NCBI GenBank assembly: GCA_964369425.1
Contig: CAYJGW010000006.1
Coordinates: forward strand, 5,396-69,395
Direction: 5' to 3'
Length of the DNA stretch: 64,000 nt
DNA from: an uncultured Lachnospiraceae bacterium
GTDB taxonomy: Bacteria; Bacillota; Clostridia; Lachnospirales; Lachnospiraceae
The translations under genes were made by a program, and so were the position numbers. Of this stretch, positions 39,801 to 50,151 are shown in pieces (positions within the stretch are counted from its first letter, which is position 1; each line of letters opens with the position of its first letter). The notes under the pieces were generated by a model. That model did not search any database and was not told the DNA's origin. It was given only the letters and a program-made list of their open reading frames with translations.

Positions 39801-41039
39801 ATGAAGAAAAGAGTAGTAATTACAGGACTAGGTGCAGTTACTCCGATTGGAAATAACGTAGCTGATTTTTGGAATGGCATAAAAGCAGGAAAAGTTGGAG
39901 TAGATGATATTACAAGATTTGATACGACAGAATATAAAGTAAAAATTGCAGCAGAAGTAAAAGGATTTGTTCCAAAAGAGCATATGGACTTTAAAGCAGC
40001 TAAGAGAATGGAGCCATTTTCACAGTATGCAGTAGCAGCGGCAAAAGAGGCAATGGCAGATTCTGGAATAGATATGGAAAAAGAAGATCCATTTAAAGTT
40101 GCAGTAATCGTGGGATCTGGAATTGGTAGCTTAGAAATTGTTGAGAAAAACTATGAAAAGATTTTAGATAAGGGACCTGCAAAAGTAAATCCTTTAATTG
40201 TGCCACTTATGATCTTAAATATGGCAGCTGGAAATGTTGCGATTCAGTTAGGGGCAAAAGGAAAGTGTACAAGTGTTACTACTGCATGTGCAAGTGGAAC
40301 AAACTCGATTGGTGATGCATTTAGAGCGATTCAATATGGAGATGCAGACGTAGTTTTTGCAGGAGGAGCAGAAAGTTGTATATCACCAGTAGCAGTAGCT
40401 GGATTTTCTGGATTGACTGCTTTATCTACAGAAGAAGACAAGTCAAAAGCATCGAGACCTTTTGATAAAGATAGAAGTGGATTTGTAATTGGTGAAGGTG
40501 CAGGAGTAGTAGTTTTAGAAGAATTAGAGCATGCAAAAGCAAGAGGAGCAAAAATATATGCAGAAATAGTAGGATACGGTTCTACTTGTGATGCATATCA
40601 CATCACATCTCCAATGGAAGATGGAAGTGGAGCAGCAAAGGCAATGAGTCTAGCAATGGAAGAAGCAGGTGTAAAACCAGAAGAAGTGAACTACATCAAT
40701 GCTCATGGAACAAGCACACATCACAATGACTTATTTGAGACAAGAGCAATTCATGCATCTTTTGGAGAGGCAGCGAAAAACTTAAAAATCAACTCAACAA
40801 AGTCAATGATTGGTCATTTGCTAGGAGCAGCTGGAGGGGTAGAATGCGTAGTATGTGCAAAATCTATCGAAGAAGGATATGTACACCAGACAATGGGAAC
40901 TGAAAATGTAGATGAAGAGTGTGATTTAGATTATGTAGTAGGGGCACCTGTAGAGATGGAAGTGAACTATGCGATGAGCAATTCACTAGGATTTGGTGGT
41001 CACAATGCTTCTATATTATTGAAAAAATATCAAGCCTAA
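39801..41039 (+). CDS. fabF: 3-oxoacyl-ACP synthase II
   Basis: TTACASG (active Cys), NAHGTST, and GHLLGAAG. Confidence 0.92.
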   Translation: MKKRVVITGLGAVTPIGNNVADFWNGIKAGKVGVDDITRFDTTEYKVKIAAEVKGFVPKEHMDFKAAKRMEPFSQYAVAAAKEAMADSGIDMEKEDPFKVAVIVGSGIGSLEIVEKNYEKILDKGPAKVNPLIVPLMILNMAAGNVAIQLGAKGKCTSVTTACASGTNSIGDAFRAIQYGDADVVFAGGAESCISPVAVAGFSGLTALSTEEDKSKASRPFDKDRSGFVIGEGAGVVVLEELEHAKARGAKIYAEIVGYGSTCDAYHITSPMEDGSGAAKAMSLAMEEAGVKPEEVNYINAHGTSTHHNDLFETRAIHASFGEAAKNLKINSTKSMIGHLLGAAGGVECVVCAKSIEEGYVHQTMGTENVDEECDLDYVVGAPVEMEVNYAMSNSLGFGGHNASILLKKYQA

Positions 41040-41042
41040 GGA

Positions 41043-41522
41043 ATGGAGAATATTATGAAATTTGAACACGTATTGGAATTGATTAAGACAGTTTCGGATT
41101 CAAATGTTACGACTTTTAAATACGAAGAAGGTGAGACAAAGATTCTTCTAAAGACAGGAGAAACACCTCAATATATACAATCACCAGTTGCAGTACAAGA
41201 GATTGTGACACAAGCACCAATCGCACAAACTGCAGTAGCACCACAAGCTACATTGGAAGTTTCGGCACAAGCAAATGAAGTTGTGGAAGGAAATGTAGTG
41301 GTATCTCCATTAGTAGGTACATTTTATGCTGCACCATCAGAAGGAGCAGATGCTTACGTTAAGGTAGGCGATACAGTGAAAAAAGGACAAGTGCTTGCAA
41401 TTGTAGAAGCGATGAAATTGATGAATGAAATCGAAAGTGATTTTGATGGCGTTGTGAAAGAAATATTGGTTGATAATGCAACAGGTGTGGAATACGGGCA
41501 ACCATTGTTTCGTATTGGATAG
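41043..41522 (+). CDS. accB: acetyl-CoA carboxylase biotin carboxyl carrier protein
   Basis: Ala/Pro/Gln-rich linker and biotinylation motif EAMKLMNEIE. Confidence 0.9.
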   Translation: MENIMKFEHVLELIKTVSDSNVTTFKYEEGETKILLKTGETPQYIQSPVAVQEIVTQAPIAQTAVAPQATLEVSAQANEVVEGNVVVSPLVGTFYAAPSEGADAYVKVGDTVKKGQVLAIVEAMKLMNEIESDFDGVVKEILVDNATGVEYGQPLFRIG

Positions 41523-41531
41523 GAGGAGCAG

Positions 41532-41957
41532 ATGAGATTAGGAATTAAAGAAATAGAACAAATCATCCCTCATAGACATCCATTTTTACTGATTGATTAT
41601 ATCGAAGATTATGTACCGGGTGAGTATGCGATTGGATATAAATGTGTAACTTTTAGAGAAGATTTTTTTAAAGGACATTTCCCGCAAGAACCAGTTATGC
41701 CTGGCGTATTGACAGTAGAGGCGCTTGCACAAGTCGGAGCGGTAGCAATTCTTAGTCAAGAGCATATGCAGGGGAAAGTTGCGTATTTTGGTGGAATCAA
41801 CAAATGTAAGTTTAGAGGAAAAGTTTCGCCTGGTGATAAGGTGAAACTTGAAACGAAGATTATCAAACAAAAAGGACCAATCGGTGTAGGGGAAGCAACG
41901 GCTAGCGTAGATGGAAAAGTTGTGGTAAGTGCAGAACTTACATTTATGGTAGGCTAA
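41532..41957 (+). CDS. fabZ: 3-hydroxyacyl-ACP dehydratase
   Basis: LPHRHPFLLID...HFP..PVMPGVL..EALAQ. Confidence 0.92.
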   Translation: MRLGIKEIEQIIPHRHPFLLIDYIEDYVPGEYAIGYKCVTFREDFFKGHFPQEPVMPGVLTVEALAQVGAVAILSQEHMQGKVAYFGGINKCKFRGKVSPGDKVKLETKIIKQKGPIGVGEATASVDGKVVVSAELTFMVG

Positions 41958-41976
41958 GCGAAACAAAGGAGACAAT

Positions 41977-43317
41977 ATGATTCAAAAAGTTTTAGTTGCA
42001 AACAGAGGAGAAATCGCTGTACGAATAATAAGAGCTTGTCGCGAGATGGGAATTGAAACAGTTGCTATCTATTCAGAAGCAGATAGAGAAGCATTGCATA
42101 CACAACTTGCAGATGAAGCGATATGTATTGGGCCAGCGCCTTCTACAGAGAGCTACTTGAATATGGAGCGCATCATTAGTGCGACAGTTATTTCAGGCGC
42201 AGATGCAATTCATCCAGGGTTTGGATTCTTATCAGAAAACAGCAAATTTGTAGAGTTATGCCAGCAGTGCAACATTACATTTATCGGACCGGATGCGGAA
42301 GTAATCAAACGTATGGGACACAAACAAATCGCTAGAAATACGATGGTAGATGCAGGCGTGCCAGTAATACCAGGAAGTAAAGAACCGATTTTTGATGAGG
42401 TTACAGGCGCTAAGATTGCAGATGAAGTAGGCTATCCAGTCATTGTTAAGGCGGCACTAGGTGGTGGCGGAAAAGGAATGAGAGTTGCACATACAAAAGA
42501 AGAGTTTGAGAACGCATTCCTAACAGCACAGACTGAGACAAAAATGGCATTTGGTGACAATACGATGTACATTGAGCATTACGTAGTCAAGCCAAGACAT
42601 ATAGAGTTTCAAATCTTAGCAGATAAATATGGAAATGTGATTCACTTGGGGGAAAGAGACTGTTCGGTACAAAGAAATCATCAAAAGATGATTGAAGAGG
42701 CGCCATCAGTTGCACTTTCACAAGAGTTGAGAGACAAGATGGGAGAAGCAGCAGTAAAAGCTGCGAAAGCCGCGAATTATGAAAATGCTGGGACTATCGA
42801 GTTTCTATTGGAAAGCACTGGGAATTTCTATTTTATGGAAATGAATACAAGAATTCAAGTGGAACATCCAGTAACAGAGTGGGTAACAGGTATCGATTTG
42901 ATCAAAGAACAAATTCGCATCGCCGATGGAAAAGAATTATCTTATACTCAAGATGATGTAACGATTACAGGACATGCAATCGAGTGCAGAATCAATGCGG
43001 AAAATCCATCGAAAAACTTTAGACCTTCTCCAGGGAAAATTACAGATATGTATTTACCAGGGGGAAAAGGAGTTCGAATCGATGCTGCAATTTACAGCGG
43101 ATATTCAGTTCCACCATATTATGATTCTATGCTTGCAAAAATTATTGTACATGCAAAAAATAGAGCAGAGGCGATTCAAAAAATGAATTGTGTCCTAGGT
43201 GAAGTTATCATCGAAGGAATTGATACAAATGTAGACTATCAATATGACATCATTAACCACCCTGATTTTATCAGCGGAGATATTGATGTAGAGTTTATCG
43301 AGAAGATTTCCAAATAA
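41977..43317 (+). CDS. accC: acetyl-CoA carboxylase biotin carboxylase subunit
   Basis: VLVANRGEIA.RIIRAC...ATP-grasp GGGGKGMR...EMNTRIQVEHPVTE. Confidence 0.93.
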   Translation: MIQKVLVANRGEIAVRIIRACREMGIETVAIYSEADREALHTQLADEAICIGPAPSTESYLNMERIISATVISGADAIHPGFGFLSENSKFVELCQQCNITFIGPDAEVIKRMGHKQIARNTMVDAGVPVIPGSKEPIFDEVTGAKIADEVGYPVIVKAALGGGGKGMRVAHTKEEFENAFLTAQTETKMAFGDNTMYIEHYVVKPRHIEFQILADKYGNVIHLGERDCSVQRNHQKMIEEAPSVALSQELRDKMGEAAVKAAKAANYENAGTIEFLLESTGNFYFMEMNTRIQVEHPVTEWVTGIDLIKEQIRIADGKELSYTQDDVTITGHAIECRINAENPSKNFRPSPGKITDMYLPGGKGVRIDAAIYSGYSVPPYYDSMLAKIIVHAKNRAEAIQKMNCVLGEVIIEGIDTNVDYQYDIINHPDFISGDIDVEFIEKISK

Positions 43318-43338
43318 AATTCTTCAACAGAGGTGAAT

Positions 43339-45072
43339 ATGAACTTAAGTAAAATGTTTAAAAAGACAACAAAGCAGTATGTCACAATTAAAGAGGTGGG
43401 TGAATCCAAAGAGAGCCCAGTTACAAGTGCAGAAGATAAGCCAGAGGTACCTCATGGTTTAGTGCGAAAATGTAATAAATGTGGAAAAGCCATTTTTACA
43501 GATGAAGTAAAAGAAAACCATTATATTTGTCCTAAATGTGGTGGATACTTTAGAATGCATGCCTTTAGACGAATTGAGATGATTATGGAACCAGATTCTT
43601 TTGAAGAATGGGACACAGGTCTTGAGACGAAAAATCCTTTACAATATCCTGGATATGAAGAGAAGATACAACTTCTAAGAGAGAAGAATAACTTGGACGA
43701 GGCAGTAATTACAGGGTGTGGAATGATTGGCGAAACAAAAGCAGTCGTAGCAGTAATGGATGGAAGGTTCTTAATGGCTAGTATGGGAGAAGTAGTCGGT
43801 GAGAAAATTACGCGTGCAACCGAGCGAGCGACAAAAGAGTCATTACCACTTATTATCTTCACATGTTCTGGTGGTGCGAGAATGCAAGAAGGTATCACAT
43901 CACTTATGCAGATGGCAAAAACTTCAGCAGCGCTAAAGCGACATAGTGACAGTGGAAATCTATATATAACAGTACTGACAGATCCTACAACAGGTGGAGT
44001 AACAGCAAGTTTTGCAATGCTAGGAGATATCATCTTAGCCGAGCCGAAAGCACTGATTGGATTTGCGGGACCACGAGTAATTGAACAGACAATCGGGCAA
44101 AAGCTTCCAAAGGGATTCCAACGTTCGGAATTTTTGTTAGAGCATGGATTCATCGATAAAATTGTTACACGAGATTCGATGAAGGATGAATTGAGCCAGA
44201 TACTTTCTCTGCATAAGCCAAAGGTTGCAGAAACAGTGGAATCGGTAAATCGTGCTGAGGAGATAGACAAAGAGGTAGTCAAAGACAGTCTATTAGACGC
44301 TTGGGATAGAGTACAGCTGTCAAGAATGAAAGATAGACCTGTAGGAGAACAATATATCGACGCGTTATGTACAGATTTTGTAGAACTTCATGGCGATAGA
44401 TTGTTTGGAGATGATGAAGCTATCATTGGTGGAATTGCAAGAATAAATGGCAGACCAGTAACAATTTTAGCACAGGCAAAAGGCAAGAATACAAAAGAGA
44501 ATATAAAAAGAAACTTTGGTATGCCTTCGCCGGAAGGATATCGTAAAGCGTTACGCCTTATGAAGCAAGCTGAAAAGTTTCAACGACCAGTTATCTGCCT
44601 TGTAGATACACCAGGAGCTTTTTGTGGACTAGAAGCTGAAGAGCGAGGTCAAGGTGAAGCAATTGCACGAAATCTATATGAGATGTCAGCTCTGAAAGTG
44701 CCGGTACTTTCTGTAGTTATTGGAGAAGGCGGTAGTGGTGGAGCGTTGGCAGTAGCAACTTCGGATGAAGTGTGGATGTTAGAGAACTCTGTCTACTCAA
44801 TTTTATCACCAGAAGGATATGCAGCGATATTGTGGAAAGATAGTGGAAGAGCAAAAGAAGCGGCAAAACTGATGAAAATGACAGCGAATGATTTGAAATC
44901 AGCTGGAATGATTGAAAAAATAATAAGTGAACCAAAGCATTATACAGAAGCAAATTTATCAATTGTATGTACAACACTCTTAACTGAAATTGAGAAGTTT
45001 ATCGAAACATATTCTCAGTACACAGATGAAGAGTTAATAGAAAAAAGATATATGAGATTCCGCAACATGTAA
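43339..45072 (+). CDS. accDA: acetyl-CoA carboxylase carboxyltransferase, fused beta (AccD) and alpha (AccA) subunits
   Basis: N-terminal Zn ribbon CNKCGK...CPKCG and AccD core (SGGARMQEG). From about nt 44290 on, AccA-like (RPVGEQYI...[17 protein letters not shown]...TPGA.CG..AEERGQ). One continuous ORF. Confidence 0.85.
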   Translation: MNLSKMFKKTTKQYVTIKEVGESKESPVTSAEDKPEVPHGLVRKCNKCGKAIFTDEVKENHYICPKCGGYFRMHAFRRIEMIMEPDSFEEWDTGLETKNPLQYPGYEEKIQLLREKNNLDEAVITGCGMIGETKAVVAVMDGRFLMASMGEVVGEKITRATERATKESLPLIIFTCSGGARMQEGITSLMQMAKTSAALKRHSDSGNLYITVLTDPTTGGVTASFAMLGDIILAEPKALIGFAGPRVIEQTIGQKLPKGFQRSEFLLEHGFIDKIVTRDSMKDELSQILSLHKPKVAETVESVNRAEEIDKEVVKDSLLDAWDRVQLSRMKDRPVGEQYIDALCTDFVELHGDRLFGDDEAIIGGIARINGRPVTILAQAKGKNTKENIKRNFGMPSPEGYRKALRLMKQAEKFQRPVICLVDTPGAFCGLEAEERGQGEAIARNLYEMSALKVPVLSVVIGEGGSGGALAVATSDEVWMLENSVYSILSPEGYAAILWKDSGRAKEAAKLMKMTANDLKSAGMIEKIISEPKHYTEANLSIVCTTLLTEIEKFIETYSQYTDEELIEKRYMRFRNM

Positions 45073-45096
45073 ATGTGTGGTCAGTGAGGTTAAAAG

Positions 45097-46158
45097 ATGA
45101 AATACAAACCGTTAGTAATAGGAGAACTTACTGCAAAAGTTCCAATTGTTCAAGGTGGAATGGGCGTTGGAATCAGTTTAGGTGGATTAGCAGGTGCAGT
45201 GGCAAAAGAAGGTGGAATTGGGATTATTTCAGCTGCACAGATAGGATTTAAAGATCCAGAATTTGAAAAAAATCCATTCAAGGTTAATTTAGAGGCTATC
45301 AAAAAAGAGCTTGCAAAAGCGCGTGAAATAGCACCAAAGGGAATTGTAGGATTTAACATTATGGTGGCTTTGAAGCATTATTCAGAGTATGTGAAAGAAG
45401 CAGTAAAAGCTGGCGCTGATATTATCATATCAGGGGCTGGATTGCCGACGGATCTTCCTGAGTACGTAAAGGGATTTAAAACAAAGATAGCACCGATTGT
45501 ATCCACAGAAAAATCAGCAAAAGTAATTCTTAAGTTTTGGGATAAAAAATACAATAGAACAGCAGATATGGTTGTAATAGAGGGACCAAAAGCAGGCGGA
45601 CATCTGGGATTCAATGAAAAACAGTTGGCATACTTTAATGAGGAAGCATATAAAGAAGAGGTACAATCGATTAGACGTGCTGTTCGAGAATATGAAGAAA
45701 AATATGACTGTCAGATACCAATTGTTTTAGCAGGTGGAATTTATACGAAAGCCGATATGGAAGAAGCTATGAATCAAGAAATTCAAGGAGTGCAAATCGG
45801 ATCACGATTTGTAACTACAGTAGAATGTGATGCAAGCGATGCATATAAGCAAGCGTATTTAGATGCGACTGAGCAAGAGGTTCAGATTGTAAAAAGTCCA
45901 GTAGGAATGCCAGGAAGAGCAATCTTAAATCCATTTATGGAAAAAGTGATGTCGGGTGAAAAGATTACGCCACAAAAATGTCTTGGGTGTTTACAAAAAT
46001 GCAGTCCAAAAGAGATACCATATTGTATTACAGATGCTTTGGTAAATGCAGCAAAAGGTGATACAGATGAAGCATTACTGTTTTGTGGTGAAAAAGCATA
46101 TTGCGCAACTAGGATTGAAACTGTAAAAGAAGTGATAAATTCACTAATAGAAGAGTAG
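45097..46158 (+). CDS. NMO/2-nitropropane-dioxygenase-family flavoprotein (second FabK-like paralog)
   Basis: VPIVQGGMGVGIS...GGIGIIS...GPKAGGHLG TIM-barrel FMN pattern, 353 aa, with a Cys-rich C-terminal segment CLGCLQKC. Confidence 0.7.
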   Translation: MKYKPLVIGELTAKVPIVQGGMGVGISLGGLAGAVAKEGGIGIISAAQIGFKDPEFEKNPFKVNLEAIKKELAKAREIAPKGIVGFNIMVALKHYSEYVKEAVKAGADIIISGAGLPTDLPEYVKGFKTKIAPIVSTEKSAKVILKFWDKKYNRTADMVVIEGPKAGGHLGFNEKQLAYFNEEAYKEEVQSIRRAVREYEEKYDCQIPIVLAGGIYTKADMEEAMNQEIQGVQIGSRFVTTVECDASDAYKQAYLDATEQEVQIVKSPVGMPGRAILNPFMEKVMSGEKITPQKCLGCLQKCSPKEIPYCITDALVNAAKGDTDEALLFCGEKAYCATRIETVKEVINSLIEE

Positions 46159-46184
46159 AGTTATAAAACAAAGGAGAATGTTTC

Positions 46185-46655
46185 ATGAATTCACACGAAG
46201 TGATTAACAGTATGTGGGTAAAATTATTCAATGAGATATGGGATTTGGAAGAAAAAGCGATTATTACAAAAGAATTCAAGGATATCTCAACGAATGATAT
46301 GCATATTATAGATGCGATTGGCTTAGATAAGAAGAATAATATGTCTGCAATTGCAAAGAAATTGAATATCACTGTGGGTTCGTTAACGACTTCGATGAAT
46401 AGTTTGGTGAATAAAAAGTATGTTGTGCGACATAGAAGTGAGAAAGATAGAAGAGTGGTATATATCCAATTGACAGAGAAAGGTAAAGATGCCTATGCTC
46501 ATCATGAAAAATTCCACCAGAAAATGTCTGCAGCAGCTGTGGAGAGCCTTGGGGAAGAGGAAACTAAGGTTTTGATTAAAGCGCTACAGAATTTATCTGA
46601 TTTTGTAGAAAAATATGGAACAGAACTTAAAGAGGACAGACAACAAGTGTTTTAG
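46185..46655 (+). CDS. MarR-family transcriptional regulator (FabT-like by context)
   Basis: Winged-HTH core MSAIAKKLNITVGSLTTSMNSLVNKKYV.R..SEKDRR.V...LT.KG. It is the last gene of the fab cluster. Confidence 0.7.
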   Translation: MNSHEVINSMWVKLFNEIWDLEEKAIITKEFKDISTNDMHIIDAIGLDKKNNMSAIAKKLNITVGSLTTSMNSLVNKKYVVRHRSEKDRRVVYIQLTEKGKDAYAHHEKFHQKMSAAAVESLGEEETKVLIKALQNLSDFVEKYGTELKEDRQQVF

Positions 46656-46723
46656 ATTGCTTTTTTTTTTCGAAAATGATAGAATTATGTGGTAATGTAG
46701 CGAAAAGAGAAGAGGTAATCGAT

Positions 46724-48826
46724 ATGAAGACAAGTTTACGGATTAAAGTCTCAACAAAAATAGCAGCGGCGATAGCAGTTGTGCTTGTGATAGTCTTTGC
46801 AATACTTATTTTGTTAAGTGTCACAGTTACAACTAATATTGTTGAGAATAGTGTTAGTAATGAATTTAGAATTACGGCTGCAGCAAATGCGAGTGGTATA
46901 CAAAATACGTTATCAGGAGCTTCAAATGTAAATACAGATATTATGGACTATGCAGCGTATAATTACCAAAAATTTGCAGAGGATGTGGAATTAGGTCTTG
47001 TAGACCCCTCTATTAAGGAAGCAAGTTTGGTACACGATGTAGAAATAGATTTACCAGCATCTGATGCAGAAAAGTACTTTTTAAATACATTTTGGAGTTC
47101 TGTTGGAACTAATACAGATTTAAATGCAATGTCGATTATGTTTAAACCATATTCATTTGATAACCAAGTGGAGACATATGCATTATATGTAGATAAAGAT
47201 ACAGCAGCAGCGCATAGTTACGATGCAAAGTTAGATGTGAATTATTTTGAAGAAGACTATTATAAAGTACCTATGGAGACAAAGGAAAAGTATATTACAG
47301 AGCCAATTGTCTTCGAAGGGCAACACGTTGTAACGGTTGCAGATCCATTGATGCATGGAGAAGAGGTAGTCGGTGTCGTGGCAGCAGATGTGAATCTTGA
47401 AAGTTTACAAGCCTTAGCGATTAATCTCGAACATTATGAATCGATGTATGCAACAGTCATCAATCACAACGGGAATTATATTTTAAATACTCGTGACGAA
47501 AGAGCTTTTGGGACATCATATATCAATACTATTACGAATGAGAAAGAATTGGAACGCTTTCAAGAAAACCTAGCAAAAGGTGAATATTTTGAACAAGAGA
47601 TAGGTGATAAGACTGTGTTTATGACCCCGATTGTAATGGGTGATGATACGTGGTGGGTTGAGAATGGATTAGACACAAGCGAACTACACTCAGAAGTGAC
47701 ACAGTTAGGATATTTATTAGTGGTTATTGCGGGTGTAGCACTTGTGATTTCGCTGACAGTTTTGATTTTAGTAACGAGAAGATGGTTGAATCCATTGAAG
47801 AAAGTTGTAGAAGTGGCAGATAGTATTTCAGCAGGATCCTTTAATAAACGACTAGAAGTGAAAAGCAACGATGAAATTGGTGAGTTATCGATTCGATTCA
47901 ATGAGATGTCTGAGATGTTGGAACATCTAGTAGATGAAATACAAGGTCTGCTATTTGAGATGAGTAAAGGAAATTTTAGACTACAAGTTTCTGGAAATAA
48001 CTTATACGTCGGAGATTTACAAACCATTAAAAATTCGTTTGAAAAAATAATCCGAGATATCAGTAACACCATGAAGAATGTAAAAGATGCATCAGTACAA
48101 GTAGCTACTGATTCAGCAAGTCTATCTTCTAGTTCTCAATCATTGGCACAAGGTGCAAGCGAACAAGCGACTAGTATAGAAGCATTATCTAGCACGATAA
48201 GTGAACTTTCTAAAAAAGTAGATGAGAATGCGATTACAGCAAAAGAAGTAAATCAGTTTGGGCAAAAGACAGGCGAAGTTATCAACGATAGTTCCTTGAA
48301 GATGAATGAGTTATTACAAGCTATAACGGAGATAAAGACATCTTCTACACATATAGATAAGATTATAAAGACGATTGAAGATATTGCGTTCCAGACTAAT
48401 ATTTTAGCACTAAATGCAGCTGTTGAAGCAGCGAGAGCTGGTCAAGCCGGTAGAGGATTTGCAATTGTAGCAGATGAGGTGAGAAATTTGGCACAGAAAT
48501 CTTCAGAAGCGGCAAGTAACACGACAATATTGATTAAAAAATCATTGGATTCGATTCAAAAAGGAACGAGACTAGCAGAAAGCACAGGACAAGCATTTGG
48601 AGAAGTAGAAATAAATGCGAATAAGATTATTACTTCAGTTGAAAAGATTGCTATTTCATCAGAAGATCAAGCCAATCGGATAAAAGAGTTACTGCAGGTA
48701 ATTGAACAAATTGGTATTATCGTTCAAAGTAATTCAGCGACGACAGAAGAAGGAGCTTCTGCAAATCAAGAGTTGTCTGCACAAGCAGAGCTTCTCAGCC
48801 ATTTAGTTTCAAAGTTTGATGTATAG
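46724..48826 (+). CDS. methyl-accepting chemotaxis protein (Cache-like sensor, HAMP, MCP signalling domain)
   Basis: Highly conserved hairpin IEDIAFQTNILALNAAVEAARAGQAGRGFAIVADEVRNLA and HAMP motif NDEIGELS.RFN.M. The ATG at 46724 follows GAGGT. Confidence 0.88.
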   Translation: MKTSLRIKVSTKIAAAIAVVLVIVFAILILLSVTVTTNIVENSVSNEFRITAAANASGIQNTLSGASNVNTDIMDYAAYNYQKFAEDVELGLVDPSIKEASLVHDVEIDLPASDAEKYFLNTFWSSVGTNTDLNAMSIMFKPYSFDNQVETYALYVDKDTAAAHSYDAKLDVNYFEEDYYKVPMETKEKYITEPIVFEGQHVVTVADPLMHGEEVVGVVAADVNLESLQALAINLEHYESMYATVINHNGNYILNTRDERAFGTSYINTITNEKELERFQENLAKGEYFEQEIGDKTVFMTPIVMGDDTWWVENGLDTSELHSEVTQLGYLLVVIAGVALVISLTVLILVTRRWLNPLKKVVEVADSISAGSFNKRLEVKSNDEIGELSIRFNEMSEMLEHLVDEIQGLLFEMSKGNFRLQVSGNNLYVGDLQTIKNSFEKIIRDISNTMKNVKDASVQVATDSASLSSSSQSLAQGASEQATSIEALSSTISELSKKVDENAITAKEVNQFGQKTGEVINDSSLKMNELLQAITEIKTSSTHIDKIIKTIEDIAFQTNILALNAAVEAARAGQAGRGFAIVADEVRNLAQKSSEAASNTTILIKKSLDSIQKGTRLAESTGQAFGEVEINANKIITSVEKIAISSEDQANRIKELLQVIEQIGIIVQSNSATTEEGASANQELSAQAELLSHLVSKFDV

Positions 48827-48835
48827 AGTGGATAT

Positions 48836-48865
48836 AAAAATGCGAGCCGATGGGTTCGCATTTTT
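48836..48865. terminator. bidirectional terminator between the MCP and EAL genes
   Basis: Sequence aaaaa-tgcgagcc-gatg-ggttcgca-ttttt. Confidence 0.65.
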
Positions 48866-48875
48866 ATTAGGATAA

Positions 48876-50117
48876 TTAGTCAAATATAAGTTTATCAAAC
48901 GGTTCTGGTTTTGCAAAAAGATATCCTTGCGAATACTGAATTCCTCGCGATTGAACAACTTTCTGAATCTCCTCGTTCTCTACAAACTCAGCAACAACTT
49001 CAGAATTGATTAATTGTGCCATATAACAAATGGAATCAAGAATAATCCGACTTTCTGAATTAGTTGCTATGTTCTTTATAATATCTCCATCAATTTTAAT
49101 AACGGCTGGTTTTAAAGATACAATAGAGGTATAAGTTGCAAAGCCTACACCGAAGTCGTCAACAGCAACCTTACAGCCAATTTTTCGGACTTCAGATAAG
49201 AAAGAAAAAAGTTCTTCGTTCTTGTTATAATTTTCAGTCTCAACAAATTCGATTACTATTTTTGATGGATCATGTAGTTTACTGAGTCTAGTCAATAGCC
49301 AAGTTTTTAATTCCTGAGATTGTATATCGTATAAGGAGATATTGAGACCCAACTTACTATTCTTATACTCAAAGTCCCTAAGGGCTTTATCAATAGTGAT
49401 TTTACTGAGAGGAATATAAAGTTTTAATGATTTTGCAACATCAAGAAATTGACCAGGGGCATAAAGTTTACCATCTTGATCATAAATACGCATCAGAGCC
49501 TCGAATTTATCAATTTTTCCAGTTGAATTATTATGAATGCCTTGATAGAAAGGTACCACCTTATCATTGTTAATAGCATAGTTTAAAAGTTCAAATATTT
49601 TAACATCATCAGCTCGTTCTTTTAACAGTAACTCTCGTTCATTATTTTCAATAATAAAGTTGTTTTGGAGGCGGTCATTCATATAAATAGCACTTTTGGC
49701 ACGATCTACCATATCGTCACCAAAAACAACAATAAAGCGTGAGACACCACTGAGATCAGTTTGTTTTGCGGTAGATAACTCATACTGCTCATGGAAGGTC
49801 TTCATTAGGTTCAAGAAGTCTTCATCGGAGATTTCATCCCCAGCCACAACCATAAAATGCTTATAGGTATGTGCATAAACGGTTAGAATATGGTCAAGTC
49901 CGAGCTGCTGATATGCAGCATTTCCAGATGCTAGTATCTCGCGACATGTATGATAATAACGCGCTTCTCCAAATGTAGCAATCATCATATCGGCATTTAT
50001 AACCTCATTCATACACATCTTTGTGTATTTTTTTTCCTTTGAATCAATTGAGTATTGTTCGTAGCTTAAAATGTTAAATCGGTGATCGATTAATCCTTGC
50101 GAACTATTAGTATTCAT
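48876..50117 (-). CDS. EAL-domain c-di-GMP phosphodiesterase with a degenerate GGDEF-like N-terminal domain
   Basis: EAL core FEALMR, NISLYD, VAVDDFGVGFATY, IKIDG, VAEFVE, QGYLFAKP. The N-terminal half has VVAGDEI where GGDEF would sit. Confidence 0.82.
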   Translation of the reverse strand: MNTNSSQGLIDHRFNILSYEQYSIDSKEKKYTKMCMNEVINADMMIATFGEARYYHTCREILASGNAAYQQLGLDHILTVYAHTYKHFMVVAGDEISDEDFLNLMKTFHEQYELSTAKQTDLSGVSRFIVVFGDDMVDRAKSAIYMNDRLQNNFIIENNERELLLKERADDVKIFELLNYAINNDKVVPFYQGIHNNSTGKIDKFEALMRIYDQDGKLYAPGQFLDVAKSLKLYIPLSKITIDKALRDFEYKNSKLGLNISLYDIQSQELKTWLLTRLSKLHDPSKIVIEFVETENYNKNEELFSFLSEVRKIGCKVAVDDFGVGFATYTSIVSLKPAVIKIDGDIIKNIATNSESRIILDSICYMAQLINSEVVAEFVENEEIQKVVQSRGIQYSQGYLFAKPEPFDKLIFD

Positions 50118-50151
50118 TTTTTTTCCTTTCAGGAAACAGGTGGTTACCTTG

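Noticed and set aside
43069-43080. GGAGTTCGAATC, a tRNA T-arm-like string
   Set aside because: It lies inside accC in a well-conserved coding segment, with no acceptor or anticodon stems around it. I found no tRNA-like structure in any intergenic gap.
43521-44282. 253-aa ORF on the minus strand inside accDA, the longest unassigned ORF in the track
   Set aside because: It lies entirely antisense to a CDS with unambiguous AccD motifs. Its translation is Ser/Ile/Pro-rich and low in complexity, with no RBS or recognisable motif. This is typical of a shadow ORF in an AT-rich genome.
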